In this document: piece after piece, positions 17,321 to 27,605 of the stretch
Position numbering within the stretch: position 1 is the stretch's first letter
Layout: every line of letters starts with the position of its first letter
Origin: a virus
Lineage: Duplodnaviria > Heunggongvirae > Uroviricota > Caudoviricetes
Length of the DNA stretch: 64,000 bases
Strand: one strand, 5' to 3'
Virus record (IMG/VR): IMGVR_UViG_3300029505_000002
Position numbers and translations under genes: made by a program
Notes under the pieces: generated by a model
What the model was told of the DNA's origin: nothing
Databases searched by the model: none
Seen by the model: the letters and a program-made list of their open reading frames with translations, nothing else

Positions 17321-19804
17321 TTATTTACTATAGTTTGATGTATATAAGTTGTTCCATTCATCTCGCCATATTTTTAAATAATTTTGATATTCTTCAGTTG
17401 CTAATTCTACAGGTGTAATCTTACTTGTAAATTCATTTAATTTATAAAAATATGGTTTAGCGTTCATAGAGTTATTACCAGCTTTTGATTTACTTTGAAT
17501 TGTTACTAAAACTGGTTGAGGAATACTATTAAAATCATTTATAGGTAATTGCCATTTCATTTTAGTTTCAAATTCAGTTCCTTCAAACTCTTGTAAATTT
17601 CTTGTTGGATTATATACAAATCCTAATACATTACAGTCATAAAACATTCTTTTAGAACCACTTAAGGCAAATTGAGAAAGTCTAGAATTATCTTTCATTT
17701 TGTTTAATTCGAAATTTAGAAAACCTAATATTCTATGTCTTTCGTTTAATTTTTTAATTTCAGCAGATAAGAATCCAGCAGTTTGATTTTCATCTTTAAT
17801 TCCATCTACACTTATTTTATTAACAGAATCTACAACCATTACTTTATATTTATTTTCCAAGTCTTTATCTGCAACTATTTTACCAATTGCTTTTTTGAAT
17901 CCGTTCCAGTTATCTATTTTTTGTTTTACATCAAGAATTATAAGTTTCTTATTTAAAATAAGTCTTTCAATAAATTCTCTTGTTTTACAATACTTTTCAA
18001 AATATTGTTGTGCTTCTGGAAGTTGTGATGAGTTTAACCCAAATTGTGAATCAAAATATGGATTTCCACAATATTCTCTTGTTAATCCACTTATTTGGGC
18101 AGTTAAGTTATCATATATCATTTCTTCACTATCATCTGTTGCTATATATATAACAACACCATTTTGAGTATTCATCGCTATATTATTCATTAAACATTGA
18201 AATACAGATGATTTACCACAATTTGGAAGTCCAGCTACTACTACAGAATTCCCTGGTTTTAAATTTAAATCATCAAACCACGGAATTCCAAATTTAATTT
18301 GATATAAGTCAGAATTCATTTTATATTTTTCAGATTCTTTAAATCTACTAACAGATGATTCAAACACTCCTTGTTGAGTTCTATCATATTTTGATTGAAC
18401 ATTTTCTATATCATCTTTTAATCCATCAACTATTTCTAAAGCATATTCTGGATTATTAGTTGCTTCTTTATATGCTTTGTCTAATACAGATGTAATATCT
18501 TTTTTGTAATTAATTTTTTCTTCTGATAAAATCATTTCTATTTCAGCAAGTATAGTTTTATAAGAATATGAAGGAAGATATTTAGCAAGTGATTTAGCTT
18601 GTTCCTCTCTTTCTTTAGGTCTAGAAGTTTTACTAATGATTCCTATAAAGTGATCAAACATAGAAGATTCATCAATATTATCTCCATAATTTTCCTTTAA
18701 GCACCTAATTTCATAGTCAAACATACTTACAAGTTCAAAGATATTTGTAAGAGAAACTTTTTTATCAAACTTTTTAAGTATCTCATCTAAATCCTTACCT
18801 TGCTCTTTATATATAGCAAATTGATATTCATTAGTAGTCTTTTGATTTTTCAATCTTTCTACTATAGAGAACATTCTCTTTCTTCCAGTTTCATCATTAT
18901 CTAAAGCAAATGCTACATTTTTAATTCTATTTTCTTTTTCTAGTAAGTTTATATGTTCATCAGTAAAAGAAGCAGAACCTAAAGCTACAACATTTCTATA
19001 TCCCTTTTGATATGCTGAAACTGCATCTATATAACCTTCAACAACTAATAATTTTTCTAAAGTATTATATTGTTTTTTAATATCAGACCAACAATATAAC
19101 ATTCTAGATTTATTAAATATGATAGTTTCATTTCCATTAGTATATTTTGGAAATTTAGATTCTCCTTTTACAAAGTGCATATGTCTTGATACAAAGCTCA
19201 TAGGTCTACCATATTCATCTTTTATAATCATTATTAATTGATTTTCATTTACCCTATTAGCTATTATACCTATATTATTTAATATTTCTCTTTGACATCC
19301 TGCATTAACTAAATTGTTTATACAGTTTTGATAATTGTCTACAGAACCTATAGAAAGAGTTTTAGCAGTTTTTTCTTCTATTCCTCTATTAGCTAAATAT
19401 TCTTTATTAGCATGAGAAACTACATAATCGCTAAATAGCTTCATAGTTCTAAAATACATTTGTCTTTCTATTTCTTCTGGTGTTAATGTTTTTCTTAAAT
19501 GAAGATATGGTTGTCCAAATTTTTCTGCTAAATAAAATACATTATCTTCTAAGAAGTCTGGCCCTGCTAAAGGTTTCCCTTCAAATATATTTGCTAATGT
19601 GAAGATATCACAGACTCTGTTACATGAAAAGCACCAGAATATATTGTTTTCTTCCCACCAATGCATACTTGGATCGTGGTCATCATGATCTGGAAATAAG
19701 CATTGAACAAATCCTCTTGAATCAGGAACAACTCCATGTTCTGCTGCATATTGTAAAGTATATTGTTTTAAGTTTTCTATTAAAACTCTTATTTCTTCAT
19801 TCAT
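17321..19804 (-). CDS. bifunctional DNA primase-helicase (DnaG-type Zn finger + TOPRIM + DnaB-like SF4 helicase; T7 gp4-like)
   Basis: CHC2-type zinc finger CLFPDHDDHDPSM...CFSC; TOPRIM VVEGYIDAVSA...LDNDETGRK; Walker A GLPNCGKSS and Walker B-like VVDSV in the C-terminal half. Confidence 0.8.
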   Translation of the reverse strand: MNEEIRVLIENLKQYTLQYAAEHGVVPDSRGFVQCLFPDHDDHDPSMHWWEENNIFWCFSCNRVCDIFTLANIFEGKPLAGPDFLEDNVFYLAEKFGQPYLHLRKTLTPEEIERQMYFRTMKLFSDYVVSHANKEYLANRGIEEKTAKTLSIGSVDNYQNCINNLVNAGCQREILNNIGIIANRVNENQLIMIIKDEYGRPMSFVSRHMHFVKGESKFPKYTNGNETIIFNKSRMLYCWSDIKKQYNTLEKLLVVEGYIDAVSAYQKGYRNVVALGSASFTDEHINLLEKENRIKNVAFALDNDETGRKRMFSIVERLKNQKTTNEYQFAIYKEQGKDLDEILKKFDKKVSLTNIFELVSMFDYEIRCLKENYGDNIDESSMFDHFIGIISKTSRPKEREEQAKSLAKYLPSYSYKTILAEIEMILSEEKINYKKDITSVLDKAYKEATNNPEYALEIVDGLKDDIENVQSKYDRTQQGVFESSVSRFKESEKYKMNSDLYQIKFGIPWFDDLNLKPGNSVVVAGLPNCGKSSVFQCLMNNIAMNTQNGVVIYIATDDSEEMIYDNLTAQISGLTREYCGNPYFDSQFGLNSSQLPEAQQYFEKYCKTREFIERLILNKKLIILDVKQKIDNWNGFKKAIGKIVADKDLENKYKVMVVDSVNKISVDGIKDENQTAGFLSAEIKKLNERHRILGFLNFELNKMKDNSRLSQFALSGSKRMFYDCNVLGFVYNPTRNLQEFEGTEFETKMKWQLPINDFNSIPQPVLVTIQSKSKAGNNSMNAKPYFYKLNEFTSKITPVELATEEYQNYLKIWRDEWNNLYTSNYSK

Positions 19805-19861
19805 CTATTCCCTCCTTGTAAACAAAAAAGACTGCTAATATAACAGTCTTTTCTCTTATTA

Positions 19862-20146
19862 TTATTTTACAGCATTTAATCTTTTTTTGAATTTATCTGC
19901 ATTTTTAAATTGTGCTACTACCTTTTCTGTAGTTTGCATTTCTTGTCTAGTAATTGGATGAACTATTGGTTTAGATTTAATTGTTTTTAGTTTAAATCTT
20001 CCATGTCCACTAAAAGTAACACTATCCTCTATTCTTAAAGCATCGTTTAAAGCGTCAAAGAAGTGATCTACTATTTTACTAGCTTTTTCTATTGAAGAAA
20101 TACCAGCCTTTTCTTTAAAAATTCTTGCAAATTGTGATTGATTCAT
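19862..20146 (-). CDS. HU/IHF family DNA-binding protein
   Basis: 94 aa; GHGRFKLKTIKSKPIVHPITRQEMQTTEKVVAQFK matches the HU beta-arm region. Confidence 0.75.
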   Translation of the reverse strand: MNQSQFARIFKEKAGISSIEKASKIVDHFFDALNDALRIEDSVTFSGHGRFKLKTIKSKPIVHPITRQEMQTTEKVVAQFKNADKFKKRLNAVK

Positions 20147-20202
20147 GTTGTTTAATTCCTCCGTATTTTGTTATTTTTAAGGATATTAAAGCATAAATAT
20201 CA

Positions 20203-20796
20203 TTATTTGCAATTTTCATTGATTATTTCAAACTTTCTTCTTTTAAAGTTAGTTATTTTATATATCAACGAATCATCTATTGCATTAACTGGTACAAATT
20301 TGTTTCTTCCAATATATTTCAAAGTATCTTTTTTTACTCCACTCATGAATTCTACAGGAATATCAAATTTAATAATATCTCCTATTTTAACTTTAGTTTC
20401 TATCTTTTTACTTATGCCTTTTAATTCCTCTATTTGTTCTCTTATTAATTTATTTCTAACTTTTATTAGGTTTAAAAATCTAGTGTTGACATTATTCTTA
20501 TTTGTAAATAAAAGTAATTCTTTTAAATTAAATAATCTATTCCCCAATGATTCTTCTTCACATATTTTTATATGTAATATGTATTTAAACATATTAGTTA
20601 TATAAATTAATACTTTTAAACCATATACATTTTCATTTTTATCTTTAACAACAACATAGACTACTTTTCCTCGTTTAGACATTTTAATTAATTCAAGATT
20701 ATTGTTTTCTAAATATTTATTCACCTCTTTTTTTACATATTCATATTCTTCTTTAGGATCCATTTTTTTATCTAAATATATATCAATTTTTTCCAT
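20203..20796 (-). CDS. hypothetical protein
   Basis: 197-aa ORF. Confidence 0.45.
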   Translation of the reverse strand: MEKIDIYLDKKMDPKEEYEYVKKEVNKYLENNNLELIKMSKRGKVVYVVVKDKNENVYGLKVLIYITNMFKYILHIKICEEESLGNRLFNLKELLLFTNKNNVNTRFLNLIKVRNKLIREQIEELKGISKKIETKVKIGDIIKFDIPVEFMSGVKKDTLKYIGRNKFVPVNAIDDSLIYKITNFKRRKFEIINENCK

Positions 20797-21313
20797 ATTT
20801 TTCTAACCACCTTTCTATTTTATTATTAATATGCCCTTCATATATTCCAATTGTTTCATTTAGGTTTAATTCTTTAAGTTTATTATAATAATACAAAATA
20901 TATTGATGGCTTAGCAATTCATCATAGAAGTTTTTTAAAGAGTTTATTTTGTCTTTTTCTTTTTTAAATTTATTTACATATTCACATCTATCTAAATCTA
21001 CTAGCTCTCCATTCTTATAAGTTGCATGCCAAACGTCTTCATGTTCTTCACCAGTTCCATATAAATCAAATAATATATTAGGAAATTTACAAGATAGATA
21101 ACACATATCTACATCATAATCATACCATTTTGCATTTAACTCATAGCCATCAATCATTTCTCTTAGTTCCCAATATTTTTCTTCATCTAAATTTTTAATA
21201 AATAATTCTATTTCATCTAATGTTTTATCTTCATTTTCTTTATCATCTACTGTTATTTCTAATCTATAATCTGTATAGTATCCCATTTTTCCTCCTAACA
21301 AAAAAAGATGCAA
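20783..21313 (-). CDS. hypothetical protein
   Basis: 176-aa ORF. Confidence 0.45.
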   Translation of the reverse strand: MHLFLLGGKMGYYTDYRLEITVDDKENEDKTLDEIELFIKNLDEEKYWELREMIDGYELNAKWYDYDVDMCYLSCKFPNILFDLYGTGEEHEDVWHATYKNGELVDLDRCEYVNKFKKEKDKINSLKNFYDELLSHQYILYYYNKLKELNLNETIGIYEGHINNKIERWLEKYGKN

Positions 21314-21326
21314 TTAAGCATCTCTT

Positions 21327-21530
21327 TTAATCTATATTTCTAAAATTTAATTTTTTTCTTAATTCACCCATTTTCTTTTCTTCTTTGTAACAATCATGGA
21401 TTTCATATTTATCACAAATTGTATGCAACGGACTTTTTAATTCGCAACCTATGACTGAACATTTCTTATATATTTCTTGATTATAGCCAAATGTTTCTGC
21501 ATATTTACAATAATAACAGCTATCCTTCAT
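21327..21530 (-). CDS. hypothetical small Cys-rich protein
   Basis: 67 aa with CYYC...C..C pairs. Confidence 0.35.
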   Translation of the reverse strand: MKDSCYYCKYAETFGYNQEIYKKCSVIGCELKSPLHTICDKYEIHDCYKEEKKMGELRKKLNFRNID

Positions 21531-21691
21531 TTTTACTCCTTTTTAATCTAAATAATCATAAAATCTAACTTTTATATAAAAATCTTTAAAAAATTCTTTA
21601 CTTAAATTATTTAATTTCCTTCTAACTTTTCTTTTTCCAAACTCTTTCCAGTATTTTCTATGAAGAATTATTCTATGTTTTAGTTTTTCTT

Positions 21692-21928
21692 TCATTCTTT
21701 TATACCTAATGTTTCTAATATCTTTTTAAACCAAAATTCTGTTGTTTCTGGTCCTTCATAAGATTCTATTCTTTCGTCACCATTTGAAAGATAAAATACA
21801 ATGCTAGAATGCTCTTTGCTAACATATATAATATTATAAAGATCCATGTATGAATTATAGTTTATTTTTGTAAATTCTTTTTTTATTTCTATCGGTTCAC
21901 CTATTATCGTTTTTGAACTTTCAAACAT
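21692..21928 (-). CDS. hypothetical protein
   Basis: 78-aa ORF. Confidence 0.35.
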   Translation of the reverse strand: MFESSKTIIGEPIEIKKEFTKINYNSYMDLYNIIYVSKEHSSIVFYLSNGDERIESYEGPETTEFWFKKILETLGIKE

Positions 21929-21932
21929 TTTT

Positions 21933-22487
21933 TTATTTCTCCTTATTTCTAAATTTAATATCTAATTCTGCTAAAATGATTTCATAATCAAATTCTGTCA
22001 TTCCAAAATTTTCATCCAATCTCCAAAATAATTGATTGTCATATTTTATACTAACCCATTCATCATCTAATATTAATATTTTGTCATTTACAATATTATT
22101 TTGATGTAAGTAACCCATTATTTCTAATTCTCTTGAATTATATCCATCTTCTCTATCATGTAACCAATCTGGAGTTTTATCGACAAACTTATCTATTAGT
22201 TTTCCTACTAATACTCTAATGTTATTTCTATCTATCAAAGCTTTCTTCTGTTTAAGTTTTTTGATGAATCCATCAAATGTTTTATTTAATTTCCAAGAAG
22301 AAGAAATAATTACTTTTACATCATACATTTCTTCTAATTTGTTAATTAATTTATAAATGTTAAGTGTATTATAGTTATCCCAACCAACTTCATTATTATC
22401 TTTTAAGTAAGTTCTTCCAAAATCTGTTTCAGCATTGTTCAGAACTCCATCAAAATCCAAAAATATATATAATTTTTCTTTAGTCAT
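21933..22487 (-). CDS. HAD-superfamily phosphatase (polynucleotide 3'-phosphatase / nucleotidase-like)
   Basis: HAD motif I FLDFDGVL (DxDG[TV]), motif II ISSSW, motif IV LILDDE. Confidence 0.6.
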   Translation of the reverse strand: MTKEKLYIFLDFDGVLNNAETDFGRTYLKDNNEVGWDNYNTLNIYKLINKLEEMYDVKVIISSSWKLNKTFDGFIKKLKQKKALIDRNNIRVLVGKLIDKFVDKTPDWLHDREDGYNSRELEIMGYLHQNNIVNDKILILDDEWVSIKYDNQLFWRLDENFGMTEFDYEIILAELDIKFRNKEK

Positions 22488-22981
22488 TATTTAACCATCT
22501 CCAAATACATTTCTTTCATTACTTTTAAGAATTTTTCTTTTGTTATTTCTTTATTTTCTATTTCATTTAAAAGGTTAACGATAGATGTATATGTAAAATA
22601 AATAGTATTTGGCACTTCATTTTCTTTTGTTGACCCCATTACTATTTTATTTTTTTCATTGCTCCACATTAAAAAATAATTTTCGTCATACATACCTTCA
22701 AGTTTCGCTATTTTTCTTATTGCTCTTTTTAAATTAAAAGGTTTATTCGGAATTTCAAAATTTGGTTTTTCCCAAAATATTGATTGTTCTACATCCCAAT
22801 GAAATTTACCGCTTTCTCTACCATCGAATGTATACCAAATCTCTTCTTCTGTTTTTATAGATTTAACTAAAAAAATATTTTGATTTAAATCTATTTTTAT
22901 AACTTTACAATCACCTAATTGAAAAGACCACAATTCATCTCCGTATTCTATTTCATCAATATTATTACCAAGCATTAACAT
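22487..22981 (-). CDS. hypothetical protein (paralog of ORF 256..726)
   Basis: shared FW(E/D)KPNFEIPNKP...NYFLMWSNE...KEITKEKF pattern. Confidence 0.5.
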   Translation of the reverse strand: MLMLGNNIDEIEYGDELWSFQLGDCKVIKIDLNQNIFLVKSIKTEEEIWYTFDGRESGKFHWDVEQSIFWEKPNFEIPNKPFNLKRAIRKIAKLEGMYDENYFLMWSNEKNKIVMGSTKENEVPNTIYFTYTSIVNLLNEIENKEITKEKFLKVMKEMYLEMVK

Positions 22982-23089
22982 CTTCCTCCCTTTCTAATTT
23001 TCTTGAATCTTTATTAGAAACAATAGCACATGTTATCACTAATCCCATTGCTAATCCAACTATTATTCCTGCTACAAACCAAATCAAAT

Positions 23090-23347
23090 TCATTTTTCCT
23101 CCCATTTATCTCTATGTTTAGCATATATACTAAAACATTTAACTGATGGAACATATATAAAAATCATAAATATAAAGCCTAATATAATGTAATATCCACC
23201 AAGTGCAAGGAAAAATGTAAAGAATATAACAGGGATTAAAAACATAAATATAATTATTGAAATAGTTTTTAAATAATCTTTTATTTCCTCTTTACATTCT
23301 TTTACATATAAATTAAATTTATATTTATTCATATTATTATTTTTCAC
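23090..23347 (-). CDS. small membrane protein
   Basis: 85 aa with two hydrophobic helices. Confidence 0.4.
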   Translation of the reverse strand: MKNNNMNKYKFNLYVKECKEEIKDYLKTISIIIFMFLIPVIFFTFFLALGGYYIILGFIFMIFIYVPSVKCFSIYAKHRDKWEEK

Positions 23348-23567
23348 CTTGTATTTTTTTTGTAATTATACTAAACCATTGATCCATACTTGCTCTAGAA
23401 GGATACATATGAACATATACTCTTTTTCCATCAAAACAATGACTATCTTTAAAAATAAATTTAATTGAATCCATAGAAAAAGGATTTTTTTCCTCTTTAT
23501 AAATTTTTTCTATTCCCATTAAATCTGTTAAGTCTAATAAAGTACCTTTTTTATCAATTTTTGTCAT
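23337..23567 (-). CDS. hypothetical protein
   Basis: 76-aa ORF. Confidence 0.35.
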   Translation of the reverse strand: MTKIDKKGTLLDLTDLMGIEKIYKEEKNPFSMDSIKFIFKDSHCFDGKRVYVHMYPSRASMDQWFSIITKKIQGEK

Positions 23568-24356
23568 CTAAATCACTTCTCCTAATTCTTTTTCTATCAT
23601 AGGTAAAACACCTTTTTCTTTTAAAAAATTATATAAAAACACTCTTCCTTTTTGAGTCCAATAAGTCCCTATATTACTTCCTTGTTCTCCTGATTCATGT
23701 GTAAATGTATGTGTTTTAGTAGCGGTATATCCATTACCATTATATTTGCTATATAAAACCCAAGTTCCATTGCATTTAAATTGAATGTTATTTTCTTTCA
23801 ACAATTTATTAAAAGCTTGAGCTGTCATTCCATAATCCTTAGCAATCACTGTAACTGCTACTACATCTTTAGATTGAAGAATCAAATCATAATAGCTAGC
23901 CTTTGGAGACATTTCTATTATTTTGGTTTCTTTTTCTTTATTATCTATTTCTAATTGTTCTATTTTTAATTGTTGTTCATATGCAAGTTTTAAAGCCTGA
24001 GCAAATGTATTAGGTACACCTATTCCTTGTAATTGTTTTTCCATTTCTTCAAATCTATTTATATAAGCAACATTTAAACTAAAAGCTTTTTCTACTGCTG
24101 ATGAATATCCACCCACTAATTGAGCTATACCTTTTTTAGTAATAAGGAAATTTTTATTTGTTTTTCCGCTTTTATCCTTGTAATTACTAGTGATATAGAA
24201 CTGAGCCGAAAGTTCGGCTGAGCTAAATTTATTTACATAACCATTAATTTTGTCCAATAAATGTGTATGTCTTACTCCTAATTCATTAGCAACTCTATTG
24301 CTTGTTGTTACTAAAACTCCATTTACATTTTCTACTGTTACATTGAATTCTAACAT
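23568..24356 (-). CDS. phage antirepressor-like protein (Rha-type N-terminal domain + KilA-C/ANT C-terminal domain)
   Basis: N-terminal VTTSNRVANELGVRHTHLLDKI (Rha-like); C-terminal DYGMTAQAFNKLLKENNIQFK (KilAC-like). Confidence 0.55.
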   Translation of the reverse strand: MLEFNVTVENVNGVLVTTSNRVANELGVRHTHLLDKINGYVNKFSSAELSAQFYITSNYKDKSGKTNKNFLITKKGIAQLVGGYSSAVEKAFSLNVAYINRFEEMEKQLQGIGVPNTFAQALKLAYEQQLKIEQLEIDNKEKETKIIEMSPKASYYDLILQSKDVVAVTVIAKDYGMTAQAFNKLLKENNIQFKCNGTWVLYSKYNGNGYTATKTHTFTHESGEQGSNIGTYWTQKGRVFLYNFLKEKGVLPMIEKELGEVI

Positions 24357-24414
24357 TTTAATCCCTCCTAGTTTTTCTCAAATTGTAACGGTATTTTATA
24401 CTTCTATCAAATTA

Positions 24415-24987
24415 CTACATATTTTCTAAAATTTCTTTATTGCATTCATAAGCTTTAAATTTATCTAATGCAGAATCTAAATGTTTTTTAATTTGTCTTA
24501 TATTTTCATCTATAAGTTTTTTGCTTATCATTTTATCACCTTTAGGCATATCTATTGAAACTGAACCCATATATTCTTTTTCTTTTATTGTAAAATTTAA
24601 AACATAATTATATTGAGGTTTAGTTATATCATCATCTATATAAGAGGTAAAAGCTATCTGTCTATAATATTGAGAAATTTGTTCACATTTACATTTAATA
24701 GGCATTTGTATTCCTTTATATTCACAAATAAAATAAACATCTAAGTGCTCTATACGATTTATAATGTACTCTTTAAATGTTTTTGCACTCATTGAATTTT
24801 TTTTCTCTTCATATTCTTCATCTATACATATTTCTTTTACATCAAATATATTTTGCAATAATTTTATTTGAAATATTTTTACAACCCAATGAGTATAAGT
24901 AGCAAATTTGCTTAGTTTATCTTTAATTGAATTTTCAAGTAACATAAATCTATCTATACTGCTTAATAAATCATATCTAATTTCCAT
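24415..24987 (-). CDS. hypothetical protein
   Basis: 190-aa ORF. Confidence 0.45.
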   Translation of the reverse strand: MEIRYDLLSSIDRFMLLENSIKDKLSKFATYTHWVVKIFQIKLLQNIFDVKEICIDEEYEEKKNSMSAKTFKEYIINRIEHLDVYFICEYKGIQMPIKCKCEQISQYYRQIAFTSYIDDDITKPQYNYVLNFTIKEKEYMGSVSIDMPKGDKMISKKLIDENIRQIKKHLDSALDKFKAYECNKEILENM

Positions 24988-25336
24988 TTGTATCCTCCAT
25001 TATTATTCCATATTGTTCCCTAGTGCAATTTATGATTTCTTCATATTCTTTTTCTTTATCATATAATTTTGCCCTTTCTAATATTTCTTCACTTTTCTCA
25101 AATACTTTTTTAATATATTTATTTATATCTTCATCAAACAAAACATCTTTGTCTTCTATTAATATATAACTTTCAAAAACATCATCTGTATGAGAAAACA
25201 AATATGATTTATAACCTTTGTATAATTTTGATAAATTTATACAATACATTTCATACTTAGGTGTTCTAGCTACTAAAAAGTAGTCATCACTATTAATATA
25301 CATTTCTTGAACAACAAAAACTTCTATATCTTTCAT
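24977..25336 (-). CDS. hypothetical protein (start reset to the internal Met)
   Basis: the track ORF runs to 25396; the ATG at 25336 overlaps the stop of the upstream gene (ATGA-type coupling), so the shorter ORF is more likely. Confidence 0.4.
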   Translation of the reverse strand: MKDIEVFVVQEMYINSDDYFLVARTPKYEMYCINLSKLYKGYKSYLFSHTDDVFESYILIEDKDVLFDEDINKYIKKVFEKSEEILERAKLYDKEKEYEEIINCTREQYGIIMEDTNGN

Positions 25337-25638
25337 CAAACCACTTCTCCTCTTTCTATTAATCTTTCTATTTCTGCTATAGCACAATTTATGCAATCTT
25401 CTATATCATCAAAAATATTTTCAGCCGTTGAGTCTCTTAAAAGATCACAATTTGTTATCATGTCATAAAGTTTATTTTTATCTTTTATTAAAGGAACTAT
25501 ATGTTTTTGTTCATAATCATATATGCTATCTCCTAAATTAAAAGATACTAAAGACATATAATCTGTATATTTTTCTTTATTAAATTCGCCTTCTCTTAAA
25601 ATTTCTTCTATTTGATATTCTGTTAAATTGTAAGTCAT
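25336..25638 (-). CDS. hypothetical protein
   Basis: 100-aa ORF. Confidence 0.4.
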   Translation of the reverse strand: MTYNLTEYQIEEILREGEFNKEKYTDYMSLVSFNLGDSIYDYEQKHIVPLIKDKNKLYDMITNCDLLRDSTAENIFDDIEDCINCAIAEIERLIERGEVV

Positions 25639-25675
25639 ATATAATCACTTCCTTATATTTTTATATTTTTAAAAT

Positions 25676-25708
25676 GAAAAAGACGTAGAATAATATCTAC
25701 GCCTTTTT
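25676..25708. terminator. bidirectional rho-independent terminator (same hairpin family as 17285)
   Basis: aaaaagacgtagaataatatctacgccttttt flanked by A-run and T-run. Confidence 0.5.
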
Positions 25709-25818
25709 CGTTGAAAGGAGATGTGCCCATAAAATAATTTTTCTTTCAAGTATCTACCACATACTTATTTATAGACTATCGCCAATTAGTCTTTTATATA
25801 TTAAACTGTCACAAGCAG

Positions 25819-25965
25819 TTTAATCCTTTTTCTTTTTAGATTTAAGTTCTCTTTCTGGAACTAATCTAGTTATTGCATCATCTAGGAAATGTAGTTTTCC
25901 TATTTTAGTTGCTGCTTTTTGAAGTCTTTTTCTATATTCTTCTTGTGTTAAAAATTTCTTTTCCA
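25819..25965 (-). CDS. unlisted small ORF (48 aa) with strong RBS
   Basis: GGAGGTTGTTATGG start context; MEKKFLTQEEYRKRLQKAATKIGKLHFLDDAITRLVPERELKSKKKKD; below the ORF-track size cutoff. Confidence 0.35.
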
Positions 25966-26043
25966 TAACAACCTCCAAATATCTATATTATTTTGTTTTA
26001 TTTTATACAAAAAGATATTTGTTAGCAATTTTATAGATTATTT

Positions 26044-26607
26044 TTATTCTTCATCATCTTCATATTCATCATCTTCATCATCGTATTCAATGAAAACAAT
26101 TTTTACTGCTATGATTTTATTTTCTTTATTTCTTTTGATAAAACATTCATAACAACCATCACCATAACCACTAGAAGTAACGAATGCTTCGTTTTCTTGT
26201 GTTATACCACCAGAAAAATATTTATCTTTTATTTCTTCAAAATATGAATAAGTTAAATCACAAATTTTATCATAATATTCTTTATTATATTTATCTTTAT
26301 CAATTTCTTCTAATTTTGAATTTTTTTCAAAATAATCATATTCAAAATATCCAGCTTGACCAGAGTCTACTCCTATCTCATATTTTAATTCTTCTATTTT
26401 ATCTTTTGAAATACAATAATTTTCATGTATAATCCAAGATTCAAATATTCTATAACCTTCTGCTCTTTCAAAGAAGCATTTATAGTCCCCTTCTAACATA
26501 TCATTTAATATGAATGTCCAATCATCTAAACTATAACAAGGATCAGATACTACTAATTTATCTTTTATTTTAATTCTTCCTACTTCATGTATTCCTTTTT
26601 CTAACAT
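26044..26607 (-). CDS. hypothetical protein with poly-acidic C-terminus
   Basis: 187 aa ending in an EYDDEDDEYEDDEE-type tail. Confidence 0.45.
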   Translation of the reverse strand: MLEKGIHEVGRIKIKDKLVVSDPCYSLDDWTFILNDMLEGDYKCFFERAEGYRIFESWIIHENYCISKDKIEELKYEIGVDSGQAGYFEYDYFEKNSKLEEIDKDKYNKEYYDKICDLTYSYFEEIKDKYFSGGITQENEAFVTSSGYGDGCYECFIKRNKENKIIAVKIVFIEYDDEDDEYEDDEE

Positions 26608-26625
26608 TTTTTCCTCCTATACAAT

Positions 26626-27594
26626 TTACATATTGCTTCTTACTATTTTAGAAGCAATATCAGAAACTTTTAATATATTTCTTTTTTCTCTATCAGTTAA
26701 AGGATCAAATTGTTCTTTGTATTCTTTCATAAAATCCTGTCTTGCATCTTCTGTTAAAAGACTTATGTATTTTCCTATTTCTTTAACACTTTCTATTTGA
26801 CCATATTTAGAGAATACACTATATAATCTATTCTCTGTAATATAAGTTTGAAATATATCTCTTAATTCATTAGCAGTATCACACATAGTATAGTCTTTTT
26901 GATTAGGTCTTTTTAGTTTATGTTTTTCCCAATATTTTTCATTTTTATTTTTAATGTAGAAAAAACCTCCATCTTTATTGGTAAAAACTTTATTATAAGT
27001 TTTGATAACAACCCCTTCACATATGTTATCTAATCCTTCAAATTCTTTATCTGATAATAAAGTATTAAATTCTGGAACAAATTCTAATGCTTCATCTAAA
27101 GAATTTACTATTGCTATTTTAGGAACTAATAAATCTTCAGATTCCATTTCTTTAAAGAATTCTTCTGTTTCTTTAAAAGGTAAATAAACATCATCTATTC
27201 TCATATCAAAGAATTTAATATATTTTTGATCAGAATAGAAAACACCTTTTTGAATTCTTCCTCCATACAACTCTCCAAAAATAACAAGTTCTTTAATATT
27301 ATCTTTTTTAATTTTATTTACTATGTTATTAATTAATTTTTCCACTTTTTCATTTTGTAATGCTAATTGATAATCAAAAAATCTATCATCTTCATTTAAA
27401 AAAGCAGTTCTGTTAGCATATTTTATATTAACTTCTTCGTTATCATTTTCAAACCAAATAGAAAAGTTAGATCCATTTAATTTTTCTTGAATTATATATT
27501 GTTCATTGTATAATTCAGGATACATTTTCAGCCATTTTGCTAAACTACTTTTTTCGAAATGATTAGTAATACTATTATATTTTCTAAATTCCAT
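26626..27594 (-). CDS. ATP-dependent RNA ligase (Rnl2-like nucleotidyltransferase)
   Basis: motif I KLNGSN (KxNG lysine adenylylation site); motif IV-like CEGVVIK; motif V-like FYIKNKNEKYWEK; size (322 aa) matches Rnl2. Confidence 0.65.
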   Translation of the reverse strand: MEFRKYNSITNHFEKSSLAKWLKMYPELYNEQYIIQEKLNGSNFSIWFENDNEEVNIKYANRTAFLNEDDRFFDYQLALQNEKVEKLINNIVNKIKKDNIKELVIFGELYGGRIQKGVFYSDQKYIKFFDMRIDDVYLPFKETEEFFKEMESEDLLVPKIAIVNSLDEALEFVPEFNTLLSDKEFEGLDNICEGVVIKTYNKVFTNKDGGFFYIKNKNEKYWEKHKLKRPNQKDYTMCDTANELRDIFQTYITENRLYSVFSKYGQIESVKEIGKYISLLTEDARQDFMKEYKEQFDPLTDREKRNILKVSDIASKIVRSNM

Positions 27595-27605
27595 TTTACC
27601 TCCAA

